This document shows, piece by piece, positions 18,388 through 27,126 of a DNA stretch of 35,833 bases. Both the position numbers and the translations under genes were made by a program. Numbering within the stretch: the stretch's first letter is position 1; every line of letters begins with the position of its first letter. This DNA comes from an uncultured Deferribacteres bacterium (GTDB lineage Bacteria; Zhuqueibacterota; Zhuqueibacteria; Zhuqueibacterales; Geothermadaptataceae). The notes below the pieces were generated by a model, which was not told where the DNA came from, searched no databases, and saw nothing but the letters and a program-made list of their open reading frames with translations. Location: positions 1-35,833 of the forward strand of contig CAXHAT010000072.1 in assembly GCA_964014485.1 (NCBI GenBank), given 5' to 3'.

Positions 18388-19539
18388 TCAGACCTTGATC
18401 TGCTGACGTGAGCTGCGAAATTCAGAGGGCGTTTGGCCGGTGTAGTTTTTGAAAATACGGTTAAAACTCGCCTTGTTTTTAAAGCCGGCGTCTTCGGCAA
18501 TCGCCTGGATTTTGTAATGGCTGTACTTTTCATCCGTCAGCCGGCGTTTCGCTTCATCGATGCGATACGCGTTGATGAAATCATAAAATCCAGTTCGAGG
18601 CGGCTGATTGAGAATTTGCGAAACATGATGCGGCGGAACATCGAGCTTTTGGGCAATGTGAGAGATTTTCAAATCGGCGTTGAGAAAGGGCTTTTCCTGC
18701 TGCATCAAATTGAGAAGTTTCGCCCCTAGCGCGTCCATCTCATGCCGGGTCAGGGGAGAAGTCTGGTATTTCTCACCGTTCAAGGCTGGGCTCGTCGTCG
18801 CAAAAACGCCTTTTTCCGTGATCGCGAAATAGCCGATCGCGTGCAGCGAAATCGCCAAAATCAGGACAAGCAACAGTTCCGCATGTACGCCTGGAAGCCC
18901 TGTCGCGAAAACGAAGAAAAACACTGCGAAACGAAAAAGCAGAAAGCCGGCGTAACCTGCCGCCCCTCGGCGAAGGAAACGAATTTTTCTGAGCCTTTCC
19001 GGCAAATTTGTTTCCGACTCACGTTTTTGCAATATCCAGAAAACATAGACTAAGTAAGCAATGATGTGAAACGCGTACGCCTGCGAAACGAGGACGTCGA
19101 AAAATGATTGTTCCGGCGGAGCGGCGCTAAAAAAACGATTGATCGCGATAAGTTTCTGTTCCGAACTTTCCAAATAAAACGGCAAGAATCTGAAGAAAAC
19201 GAAGATCGCGGGCAAAAAATGAAGAAGTTGCTTTGGTGAGAATTTCGGTCTGCCTTCGAGTAGGGCATACACAAAAAAATAGAAAAACGGCCCGATGAGA
19301 TAAAGCAGCGGCGCCGTTGAGCCGAAGTAGTGCGGAATGATTTTGATGACCCCGGTGAGAAAAAGCAGATAGGTCGTCAAGTGGAATGAAAAAATGAAGA
19401 GCAGAACGCTGTAGAATCTGTTTTGAAAGACGTTCTTTTTGCGAAACAAAAGAACGAAGCTAAGGAACCAGCCGTGCAGCGCCGCCGCGACAAAAATTGC
19501 CGACCAGACATTCAAAGTAATTTGAGATAATCCCGCCAT
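18388..19539 (-). CDS. Membrane-anchored AraC-family transcriptional regulator (multi-TM N-terminus, C-terminal HTH_18)
   Basis: About 6-7 hydrophobic segments, then KPFLNADLKISHIA...FYDFINAYRIDEAK...IAEDAGFKNKASFNRIFKNYTGQTPSEFR. Confidence 0.93.
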   Translation of the reverse strand: MAGLSQITLNVWSAIFVAAALHGWFLSFVLLFRKKNVFQNRFYSVLLFIFSFHLTTYLLFLTGVIKIIPHYFGSTAPLLYLIGPFFYFFVYALLEGRPKFSPKQLLHFLPAIFVFFRFLPFYLESSEQKLIAINRFFSAAPPEQSFFDVLVSQAYAFHIIAYLVYVFWILQKRESETNLPERLRKIRFLRRGAAGYAGFLLFRFAVFFFVFATGLPGVHAELLLVLILAISLHAIGYFAITEKGVFATTSPALNGEKYQTSPLTRHEMDALGAKLLNLMQQEKPFLNADLKISHIAQKLDVPPHHVSQILNQPPRTGFYDFINAYRIDEAKRRLTDEKYSHYKIQAIAEDAGFKNKASFNRIFKNYTGQTPSEFRSSRQQIKV

Positions 19540-19704
19540 AACCTGCCTTTTCTTTCAAAGACGTAATTCTCCGCTCAGAAACTCAAAAATCAAGTCTCAC
19601 TCACTGGAAAGGGACATGCGCCGTTCGCATTTGTTGTTCGAGCAATTTATTTTCACGCCGAATTGAGTCAATGTAAATTTAAATTGTTAACACAAAGGCC
19701 CGAG

Positions 19705-20322
19705 ATGAATTTCAAAAAAGATTTGATAACCAGACGCTTGCTCAATCCGATGCTTGTTGTGATTGGCGCATTTGCCCTAACGCTGTTCGCGGGGTGGGCG
19801 CGGAGCATTAGCGGAGAAAAGCCGGAAACCGCCGCAATACAAGAAAACAGCTTGCCTGCGTGGCTGCAAACGCATATGGAATTTATGACGCGCGGCGACG
19901 GTTTTTGGGTGGCCGATAATAGCCGTTACAAAAATGAAAATGAGCCTTATGACGGCTACGCGCTCGAGTGGAAATGGGGGATCGGCAAGAAAAGCATTGT
20001 CGGTCGTCTGACCGGTTTAAAAGCCGGCGTGGAAACCGGCCTGTTTTGGGAGTATCGGTTGATTTGGCACCCGGGCGAAAAGCAGGCGGTTCTTTATCAA
20101 TTCGGCGGGGACGGCACGTTTGGCTCTGGCCCGCTTCGCCCCGGAAATGAAGGAACCAGCGAGTTGGAACAGACTTTTTTCAGCCCGAACGGCGCCAGTT
20201 GGAAAGGTCGTCACGAATCAAAGGATGACGGCGATGAACACCTTACAACATCATTTTTGTTCGATGATGGCGAATGGCAAAAGAGTCGCGACTACGTTTG
20301 GCGACGGACAAAGAAGAATTAA
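19705..20322 (+). CDS. Secreted/membrane-anchored hypothetical protein, beta-strand rich
   Basis: ATG at 19705; hydrophobic N-terminal segment; Trp/Gly-rich beta pattern; divergent from AraC gene. Confidence 0.7.
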   Translation: MNFKKDLITRRLLNPMLVVIGAFALTLFAGWARSISGEKPETAAIQENSLPAWLQTHMEFMTRGDGFWVADNSRYKNENEPYDGYALEWKWGIGKKSIVGRLTGLKAGVETGLFWEYRLIWHPGEKQAVLYQFGGDGTFGSGPLRPGNEGTSELEQTFFSPNGASWKGRHESKDDGDEHLTTSFLFDDGEWQKSRDYVWRRTKKN

Positions 20323-20326
20323 AAAA

Positions 20327-20500
20327 AACTAATGTTACGCGCCAATCACAATACAGAACTTCTGTTGAAGTCATTCCCGCGCAGGCGGGAATCCAGAGGC
20401 TCTGCGCGATTGACTGGATTCCTGCCTGCGCAGGAATGACGTAGAAGCGATGTTTTTCAGGCGTAATTTAAGCTAATGCCTGATGTGCGTAACATCGGTT
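20327..20500. mobile_element. MITE-like element with terminal inverted repeats enclosing a dRS3/REP-like palindrome
   Basis: AACTAATGTTACGC (20327-20340) versus GCGTAACATCGGTT (20487-20500), 12/14 complementary; non-coding interior. Confidence 0.5.
20370..20440. repeat. GTCATTCCCGCGCAGGCGGGAATCCAG-type REP/dRS3-like inverted pair
   Basis: GTCATTCCCGCGCAGGCGGGAATCCAG ... CTGGATTCCTGCCTGCGCAGGAATGAC; first unit has the ATTCCC-N8-GGGAAT core. Confidence 0.8.
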
Positions 20501-20542
20501 AAAAAATAATAGAGCCATTTTTCTATTCTCAGGGAGAAAACA

Positions 20543-21106
20543 ATGAAAAAGCGTAGGTTTTTAGGGTTGTATTCAGCGCTCGTTTATTGCGTCTTTATAA
20601 CAAACGTTTCTGCTCAGCCAGCGGTTATGAAGCCGCTTCCGCCTGCTCCGGAGATGAAGAAACTGGATTTTCTGATCGGCTCATGGAAGTCCGTTTCCAA
20701 AATCTATGACAAAGACGGCAAGATTGTGCGCACTGTGACGAGTGATGATTTCGGCGAAAGCTCAGGATACCGGCTGCGGTCAATCATGGGCGGTTTGTAC
20801 ATTGAGTCCGATCCGGAGAGCGAATTCGCCCGCAGTTGGTATTTCTTTCACAAGCCCGATAAGAAATTCTATCAGGCGTCCATCGATTTTCAGGGGAATT
20901 TCGACATTCTCGCCGGAAATTTTCAAGGCGAAAAGCTTGTCCTGACTGAAATCATGGCCAAACCCCATCGCGACGGCGGAACGATCATGTGGCGACGGAC
21001 TTATCACAACATCGCCAAAAAGAGCTTCAATGTTTTGATGGAGTATTCGCGGGATAAAGGAAAGACATGGGTTTTGAGCAATAAGCAGACAAAAACGCGA
21101 AACTGA
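20543..21106 (+). CDS. Secreted DUF1579-like protein
   Basis: Signal peptide ending VSA-Q; MKKLDFLIGSW N-terminal motif; EYSRDKGKTW C-terminal motif; GGAG RBS. Confidence 0.75.
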   Translation: MKKRRFLGLYSALVYCVFITNVSAQPAVMKPLPPAPEMKKLDFLIGSWKSVSKIYDKDGKIVRTVTSDDFGESSGYRLRSIMGGLYIESDPESEFARSWYFFHKPDKKFYQASIDFQGNFDILAGNFQGEKLVLTEIMAKPHRDGGTIMWRRTYHNIAKKSFNVLMEYSRDKGKTWVLSNKQTKTRN

Positions 21107-21197
21107 AAAACCAGTGTTTCTTTTTTGACTGGATCAACAGGATGAGAAGACAATCCCGTCTAAAAATTCACTACCTGACACATTTTACAAATTGCCG

Positions 21198-21338
21198 TTT
21201 AGACCTGGCGAGAAGGCCTCGAATTGTCATTCTGTAAGAATCTTTGTTAGCGTCCGGCACAGCTTTTCTCCAAGAGTTCAAGGGGCAGGTCTAAAAAGAT
21301 GCTTCCAACATGACAATTTTGGATTTTTTGAGACGCTC
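21198..21338 (-). repeat. Dispersed palindromic repeat, family copy A (homologous to 33407-33526, inverted)
   Basis: Reverse complement reads GAGCGTCTCAAAAAATCCAAAATTGTCATGTTGGAAGCATCTTTT...CTGTGCCGGACGCTAACAAAGATTCTTACAGAATGACAA, aligning with copy B. Confidence 0.75.
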
Positions 21339-21411
21339 GAAAATTTACCATAAAAAGTGTCAGGTAGTGAATTTAAAAACAACGTTTAGTCGAAAACTCT
21401 GGAGAAGTTGA

Positions 21412-22539
21412 ATGAAAAAGTTCAATTCCGCTTTGTTGCTCGTCATCGCTTTGACGGGAACCTGCGTTTTTGCCTCCGAAGCGAATGAGACGTTTGTGAA
21501 CGCGCCTCGAAATTCCGAAAGAGAAAATCCATACGCTCCGTTCGAGTGGTTGATTGGGAAATGGGTTGGCGGCGTCAGGCAAGGCGCGCAAGCGAGTATG
21601 ACTTTTGAGTGGGGCGTCAACAAGACATTCATCAAATACTCAGGAATACGCCCCATTAACGGCAAAGAAGTCCCGGAATACGAAGGCATGATTGCCTGGC
21701 ACGGCATGAAAGAAAAGATGATCGTGACCTCGGTTTACTTGTCCGAGAATCGGCTGGTAATGGAAGAAGGTGAATTTGAAGTTCTTCCCGAAGGAGGCGT
21801 TCGGAAATATTTCAAGGTTTTCTACGCTGCGGGAGAAAAGCTGCCGTGGTCGGACGGCAAGATTGCGCCGAAGGGCGGCGCCGCGCTTGAATTTCTGCAA
21901 ACGTGGGAGCCGGAAGACGAAGACGGACTGCGTGATACTTTTTTGATGAAAAAGGACGGAAAATGGCGGAGCCCCCATAATCGGCCAGAAGGTTTCGTCT
22001 GGCGCAGAGCATCGACGGCCGAAGCGGCTCAAGAAGGAAACGAATCGTTAGCCGCATTAGAGCCGCTGATTGGCAAATGGCGCTCATCGCTCGATCCAAG
22101 ATACAAAGATCATCCAATGATCAAGCGCTTCAACCCGGATCTAAAACCCAACGAATTGGTTTTCAAATGGGGTGAGGAAAAAAAGATCATTCACGTCGCG
22201 GATATTCAAATTGATCAACCCGCCGACGGTCAAAACACACGCTTTATCGAAGGCATGGTTTTGTGGAATCCGGCTGAGAAGAAAATGGTGATGGTGGAGT
22301 ATAATGTGCAGGATGATTTGTATTTTGAAGGCGAGTACCGAATTCTGGAAGATGGAAAAATCATCCAACGCATTTATACGACAGCTTTCCCGGACGGCAG
22401 CGTGGGGAAATTTCGCGAGCAGTGGGTTTGGGACGATCTGGAAAAGAAAAGCTTCAAATGGATCACGGAATCCTTCAGAAACGGCAAATTTGTCACAAGC
22501 GAAATTGTGCCGGAATATCACCGTATAGGAAAAGACTGA
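21412..22539 (+). CDS. Secreted protein with two tandem DUF1579-like domains
   Basis: Signal peptide (VFA-S); internal repeat YAPFEWLIGKW / LAALEPLIGKW, FEWG / FKWG, EGMIAW / EGMVLW. Confidence 0.75.
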   Translation: MKKFNSALLLVIALTGTCVFASEANETFVNAPRNSERENPYAPFEWLIGKWVGGVRQGAQASMTFEWGVNKTFIKYSGIRPINGKEVPEYEGMIAWHGMKEKMIVTSVYLSENRLVMEEGEFEVLPEGGVRKYFKVFYAAGEKLPWSDGKIAPKGGAALEFLQTWEPEDEDGLRDTFLMKKDGKWRSPHNRPEGFVWRRASTAEAAQEGNESLAALEPLIGKWRSSLDPRYKDHPMIKRFNPDLKPNELVFKWGEEKKIIHVADIQIDQPADGQNTRFIEGMVLWNPAEKKMVMVEYNVQDDLYFEGEYRILEDGKIIQRIYTTAFPDGSVGKFREQWVWDDLEKKSFKWITESFRNGKFVTSEIVPEYHRIGKD

Positions 22540-22549
22540 GTAAGCGTCC

Positions 22550-23092
22550 ATGAGACTGAAAACAATATTTTCGTCAGCACTGTTTTTATGCACATTTGTT
22601 ACGCAAATGCTGGCGCAACCTGTCGTGATGAAGCCAGGCAAAGAACTTGAAAAACTCAGTTTTTTTGTCGGCGACTGGGAAGTGACGACGGTGACAAAAT
22701 TTGGCGGGAAGGAAGAGACGGTGAAAGCCGAAGCGACATTCCGTTGGCTGCCGGGCGAGGTTTGGCTGCAGGAAGAAATCTCGATGAACATTCCAAGCAT
22801 GGGGTTTATGCACGGCGGTTGCAAAATGGCTTGGCGCGAAGAAACGGGCGAGTATGTGCGCCATTGGACGGACAACCAAACGACGTTGAATTTTACCAGT
22901 GTCGGTGCGTGGGTCTACGAAAATACGCTGGAATTCAGCGGCTCTTTTAAATGGAAAGGCGAAATGCGCTATTCGCGGTGGGTGTTAAAAAAGGTCTCGC
23001 AGGACGAACTGCTTGGCACATATTTCCACTCGACGGACGGCGAGAGTTTTCGTGTGCAAGCTGAAGAAAAATTTGTCAGACGCAAAGGTTGA
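22550..23092 (+). CDS. Secreted DUF1579-like protein
   Basis: Signal peptide ending MLA-Q; LEKLSFFVGDW; WTDN; STDGESF. Confidence 0.78.
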   Translation: MRLKTIFSSALFLCTFVTQMLAQPVVMKPGKELEKLSFFVGDWEVTTVTKFGGKEETVKAEATFRWLPGEVWLQEEISMNIPSMGFMHGGCKMAWREETGEYVRHWTDNQTTLNFTSVGAWVYENTLEFSGSFKWKGEMRYSRWVLKKVSQDELLGTYFHSTDGESFRVQAEEKFVRRKG

Positions 23093-23117
23093 GCATTCTT
23101 GCGCCCCCCATTCATTT

Positions 23118-25520
23118 TCATTCGTGCCGCAGGCTGACGACGGGGTTCGCCGAAGCGGCTCGAATCGCTTGGGTGCTCACCGTCAGCAGAGCGATGAGTA
23201 AGGCCAAGGCGCCCGCAAACGCAAAAACCGACCACGTTATTTCGGCGCGATAGGCAAAATTTTCTAACCATTTCCGCATCAAAAACCATGCGACCGGCCA
23301 CGCGAGAATATTCGCCGCAAGAGCTAATTTAACAAAATCTTTCGATAGTAAAGCTGTGACGCTGGCGGCGGTCGCGCCGAGCACTTTGCGGACGCCGATT
23401 TCTTTTTTGCGCTGCTCGACTGAGAACAAAGTTAATCCCAAAACGCCGAGGCAAGTGATAAGTATGGCGAGAATGGCGAAATTGGTCAGGAGCGTTTGCA
23501 GTTTCGTTTCCGCAGCATAGAAACTGCTGTAATATGCGTCCATGAATTGATAATTGAACGGCTCTTTTGAGGTCGAGTGCTTTTCCCAAACCTGCTCGAT
23601 TTGTGCGATTGTCGCCGCAGTTGCTTCCGGGGCGATTTTGATGAAAACCATTGGTGAGAATCTATTGAAAACAAGAACGAAGGGTAGAATCGATGAATGC
23701 AAGCTTTCGAAATGAAAATCTGCCAGCACGCCGATGATATTGCCGTCGCGTCCGTCGTAATGCAGCGCTTTTCCTAACGCTTCCTCCGGCGAGCCCCAGC
23801 CGATGGCGCGAACAGCGGTTTCGTTGAGAATGAAGCCTTCGGTTGCGTCCGTTGCAAAGGCTTCGGAAAAGGATCGTCCCGCCAAAAGTCGCATGTCAAA
23901 AACCTCGAGAAAATCATACCCGACCTCCAATTTTCGTAAGGCGGTTTCCCGACGGCTGATCTCGCCGTCGATTTCGGCCAGAGTGGGTGTCGAAGGGAAA
24001 TTGGATTTCATGTCATACAAAGGCCGTACGACAGCCCTCCCGACTTCGAGAATTTGCGCATGCCGCAACAATTCATGCTTAAAAAGATCGTTCCCGCTTT
24101 TGCTCGAACTGGGAATCACGGTTTGCAACACTTGCGATTTTTGAAATCCCAGGTCTTTGTTCTGAATGTAATCGAGCTGACGGTAAACAATGCCGACGCT
24201 GATGAATAACAAAATTGCGAGAGCGAACTGCAACGTCACGAGCAGTTTTTTCATTTTTTGACTTTTCTCGCTGGCGCTCCTGCCTTTGAGAGCATGGACT
24301 GGTTGGAAAATGGAGAGTACAAAAGCCGGGTAAGCGCCGGAAAACAGGCCGATAAAAACGGCAAATCCCAAAAGTATAGGCCACGCCGCTGCATAGGAAA
24401 TGGCCAGCGTTTTTTCAGTGAAAGCGTTGTATGAAGGCAGTGCGAGTTCAACCAGACCGAGGCAAAGAAACATCGCAATTGTAGCGAGTAAGACGGATTC
24501 GCCCAGAAATTGAACTGCCAATTGAATTTTTGCCGCGCCAAGCGATTTGCGAACGCCGATTTCTCTGGCGCGGTCGGCGGCGCGCGCTGTAGAAAGGTTC
24601 ATGAAATTGACGCCGGCAATCAAGATGACGCCGACCGCCACTGAAAGCAAAAGAACGATTATTTGCAAATTGCCGCGTATCGCCCGGTCCGAATCGAGAC
24701 CGGCGGAATGCAAATGAATGTCGAGCATAGGCTGTAGATGAAGCTTGCTCGCGTCCGCCAAAGCTTTGCCCCCTAGCTTGAGCAAAAAGTTATCGAGTTG
24801 AGATTCTACGGACGCAGGCGCGGCGTTTTCATTGAGCATCAAGTAGGTCGCGACCTGCTGTTCATTCCACGCCGGATTATCGCGATAAATATCTTCCAAT
24901 GTTGCGAAAGAAACGAGGCAAGCGAACTGGAGATGAGAATTTTCCGGCACGTCTTCGAGAACGCCGGTGACTTTGAGCGCTTGTCGTTCTCGCCCGTGAA
25001 CCTGAAATTCCAGGAATTTCCCGACGGGATCGTTTTCGGCAAAAAATCGCCGGGCCAAAGTTTCTGTCAACACGATGGAATAGGGTTCGGCAAGGGCCGC
25101 CGCGGGGTTTCCTGACGCGACGGAAAATGTGAAAACGTCAAAAATATTCGGCGCGGCGTAGTAAGTCTCCGTGCCTTCCGGGACGATGTAGGTTTCGTCG
25201 TAGCCGAGCATAACCGGCGCTGTAACCCCAAGGCGCACGGCTTGTGCAACGCCTGGGAATTCGTCGGCAAGGGCGGGGCCGACTGAAGGGGCGACGTAGG
25301 GGATGTGTCTTTGTTCGGCCTGCCCGGTAAATTCATGCGTCACGCGATAAATGCGATCCGCGTTTTCATGAAACCTGTCGTAGCGGTACGCATCGTAAAC
25401 GTAGAGCACGATCAAAATGCTGCAAGCCATGCCAATCGCCAGCCCGACGATGTTGATCATCGAAAAGGTCTTGTAGCGAAACAGATTTCGAAAAGCGATT
25501 TTGAGATAATTCTTGAGCAT
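23118..25520 (-). CDS. ABC transporter permease, double MacB/FtsX type (copy 5)
   Basis: Start MLKNYLKIAFRNL at 25520; FtsX motifs; ends NPVVSLRHE. Confidence 0.95.
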   Translation of the reverse strand: MLKNYLKIAFRNLFRYKTFSMINIVGLAIGMACSILIVLYVYDAYRYDRFHENADRIYRVTHEFTGQAEQRHIPYVAPSVGPALADEFPGVAQAVRLGVTAPVMLGYDETYIVPEGTETYYAAPNIFDVFTFSVASGNPAAALAEPYSIVLTETLARRFFAENDPVGKFLEFQVHGRERQALKVTGVLEDVPENSHLQFACLVSFATLEDIYRDNPAWNEQQVATYLMLNENAAPASVESQLDNFLLKLGGKALADASKLHLQPMLDIHLHSAGLDSDRAIRGNLQIIVLLLSVAVGVILIAGVNFMNLSTARAADRAREIGVRKSLGAAKIQLAVQFLGESVLLATIAMFLCLGLVELALPSYNAFTEKTLAISYAAAWPILLGFAVFIGLFSGAYPAFVLSIFQPVHALKGRSASEKSQKMKKLLVTLQFALAILLFISVGIVYRQLDYIQNKDLGFQKSQVLQTVIPSSSKSGNDLFKHELLRHAQILEVGRAVVRPLYDMKSNFPSTPTLAEIDGEISRRETALRKLEVGYDFLEVFDMRLLAGRSFSEAFATDATEGFILNETAVRAIGWGSPEEALGKALHYDGRDGNIIGVLADFHFESLHSSILPFVLVFNRFSPMVFIKIAPEATAATIAQIEQVWEKHSTSKEPFNYQFMDAYYSSFYAAETKLQTLLTNFAILAILITCLGVLGLTLFSVEQRKKEIGVRKVLGATAASVTALLSKDFVKLALAANILAWPVAWFLMRKWLENFAYRAEITWSVFAFAGALALLIALLTVSTQAIRAASANPVVSLRHE

Positions 25521-25560
25521 GAGTCGTTTCAGTTTGAGTTTGAGCGTGATTTGCGAAAAC

Positions 25561-25601
25561 ACCCTTGACTTTTTACGGTTTTTCTGCTAAAAGACAAGGG
25601 T
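25561..25601. promoter_or_regulatory. Inverted repeat in the divergent promoter region upstream of the second AAA-DUF4143 gene
   Basis: ACCCTTGACTTTTTA ... TAAAAGACAAGGGT; contains TTGACT (-35-like). Confidence 0.4.
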
Positions 25602-25644
25602 CTTTTGTCGTGTTTTCTATTAAAAACTAAATGAGATTTACCGG

Positions 25645-27012
25645 ATGCAGCGAAAAATCAGCGCTGAACTGCTCGCGTGGAAGAAGCGGGAAAACCGCAA
25701 GCCGCTCGTTTTGCGAGGAGCGCGTCAAGTTGGAAAAACCTGGGCTGTCGAAGAATTCGGGCGCGTTCATTTTAAAAATGTCGTTAAGATAAATTTTGAA
25801 GAACGGATCGAACTAAGATCAATTTTTAAGGATTTTGACGTCAATCGTATTCTCGACGAACTCTCTATTCTATTCTCGGCGTCACTCACGCCGGGTGAAA
25901 CGCTGCTTTTTTTCGACGAGATTCAAATGTGCCCGGAAGCCATTGCGTCACTGCGCTATTTTTATGAAAAGCGTCCTGATTTGCATTTGATCGCCGCCGG
26001 ATCATTGCTCGATTTTACACTGAAAGAAATGAATTACGCCATGCCGGTCGGCAGAGTCGAGTTTTGCTACATGTACCCGATGAATTTCAAGGAATTTCTA
26101 CTGGCGCTCTCACAAAAACGATTGGTTTCTTATCTTGAAAATTTTACTCCGGAAGATAATTTCAGTGAACTCATTCATCGCAAGCTGCTGGAATATTTGC
26201 GCACATATTTGTTTGTCGGCGGTATGCCCGAGGCCGTTAAAATCTATGCCGGTCAAAAACAGTTCGGCGAGGTCGAGAGAACGATCAGCAATATCTTAAC
26301 GGCGTTGCAATACGACTTTGCCAAATATGGAACGAAGCAGCAACAGGAACACTTGTTGTCGGTTTTTCGGTACTGCGGGCGCAACGTTGGGAAAAAAGTG
26401 AAATACACGAATATCAATCGTGACGTACGCTCCGAAAATCTTAAGCAGGCTTTCCATAGGTTGCAGCTAAGCCGCATCGTTCATCTCGTTCAGCACACCA
26501 GCGCCGGTCAGATTCCGCTCATGAACGGCGTAAAAGAGAAAATTTACAAACCGGTTTTCCTCGACGTCGGACTCGCGAACGGTTTAAGCGGCGTCCGTTT
26601 GATCGATCCTGGGGAAATTATGACCAACAACGAAGGCGCTTTGGCCGAACAGTTCATCGGGCAGGAATTGCTCACGGTCGAACCGCCTTACGTTGATTCG
26701 AGATTATTTTATTGGACGCGCGAGAAACGCAGCTCTAACGCGGAAATCGATTATGTTTTTCAGCGTAACGCTTCTGTTTTTCCAATTGAAGTGAAAGCAG
26801 GTAAAACCGGCGCTTTGAAGTCACTGCAAGTTTATTTGTTTGAGAAGCGGCTAAGGACGGGCGTTCGTTTCAACCTCGACCTGCCGAGCATCGGTACGTT
26901 TCGGACAAAAGTGAACGCAAGGAAAAATCAGGAAAAAATCGAATTTCAACTGCTTTCGCTGCCGCTCTACATGTGCTCCCAGCTTCCGCGAATTATTGAC
27001 GGATTGAGCTGA
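25645..27012 (+). CDS. AAA_14 ATPase with DUF4143 domain
   Basis: RKPLVLRGARQVGKT, FFDEIQ, AAGSLL, VGGMPE, FYWTRE...EIDYV...IEVKAG. Confidence 0.92.
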   Translation: MQRKISAELLAWKKRENRKPLVLRGARQVGKTWAVEEFGRVHFKNVVKINFEERIELRSIFKDFDVNRILDELSILFSASLTPGETLLFFDEIQMCPEAIASLRYFYEKRPDLHLIAAGSLLDFTLKEMNYAMPVGRVEFCYMYPMNFKEFLLALSQKRLVSYLENFTPEDNFSELIHRKLLEYLRTYLFVGGMPEAVKIYAGQKQFGEVERTISNILTALQYDFAKYGTKQQQEHLLSVFRYCGRNVGKKVKYTNINRDVRSENLKQAFHRLQLSRIVHLVQHTSAGQIPLMNGVKEKIYKPVFLDVGLANGLSGVRLIDPGEIMTNNEGALAEQFIGQELLTVEPPYVDSRLFYWTREKRSSNAEIDYVFQRNASVFPIEVKAGKTGALKSLQVYLFEKRLRTGVRFNLDLPSIGTFRTKVNARKNQEKIEFQLLSLPLYMCSQLPRIIDGLS

Positions 27013-27024
27013 AAACAACGCACG

Positions 27025-27098
27025 TAAAGAAAATTTAAATCGCTATCTTTTCTTTATTTTGATTACCTTATGTTTAAAGAAAATATCTTTTCGTTAAA
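27025..27098. promoter_or_regulatory. Two related palindromic sites upstream of the fic gene
   Basis: TAAAGAAAA...TTTTCTTTA (27025-27056) and TTTAAAGAAAA...TTTTCGTTAAA (27073-27098). Confidence 0.45.
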
Positions 27099-27126
27099 CC
27101 GGGTCGTTTTTGAAAAGAGAAATTAC

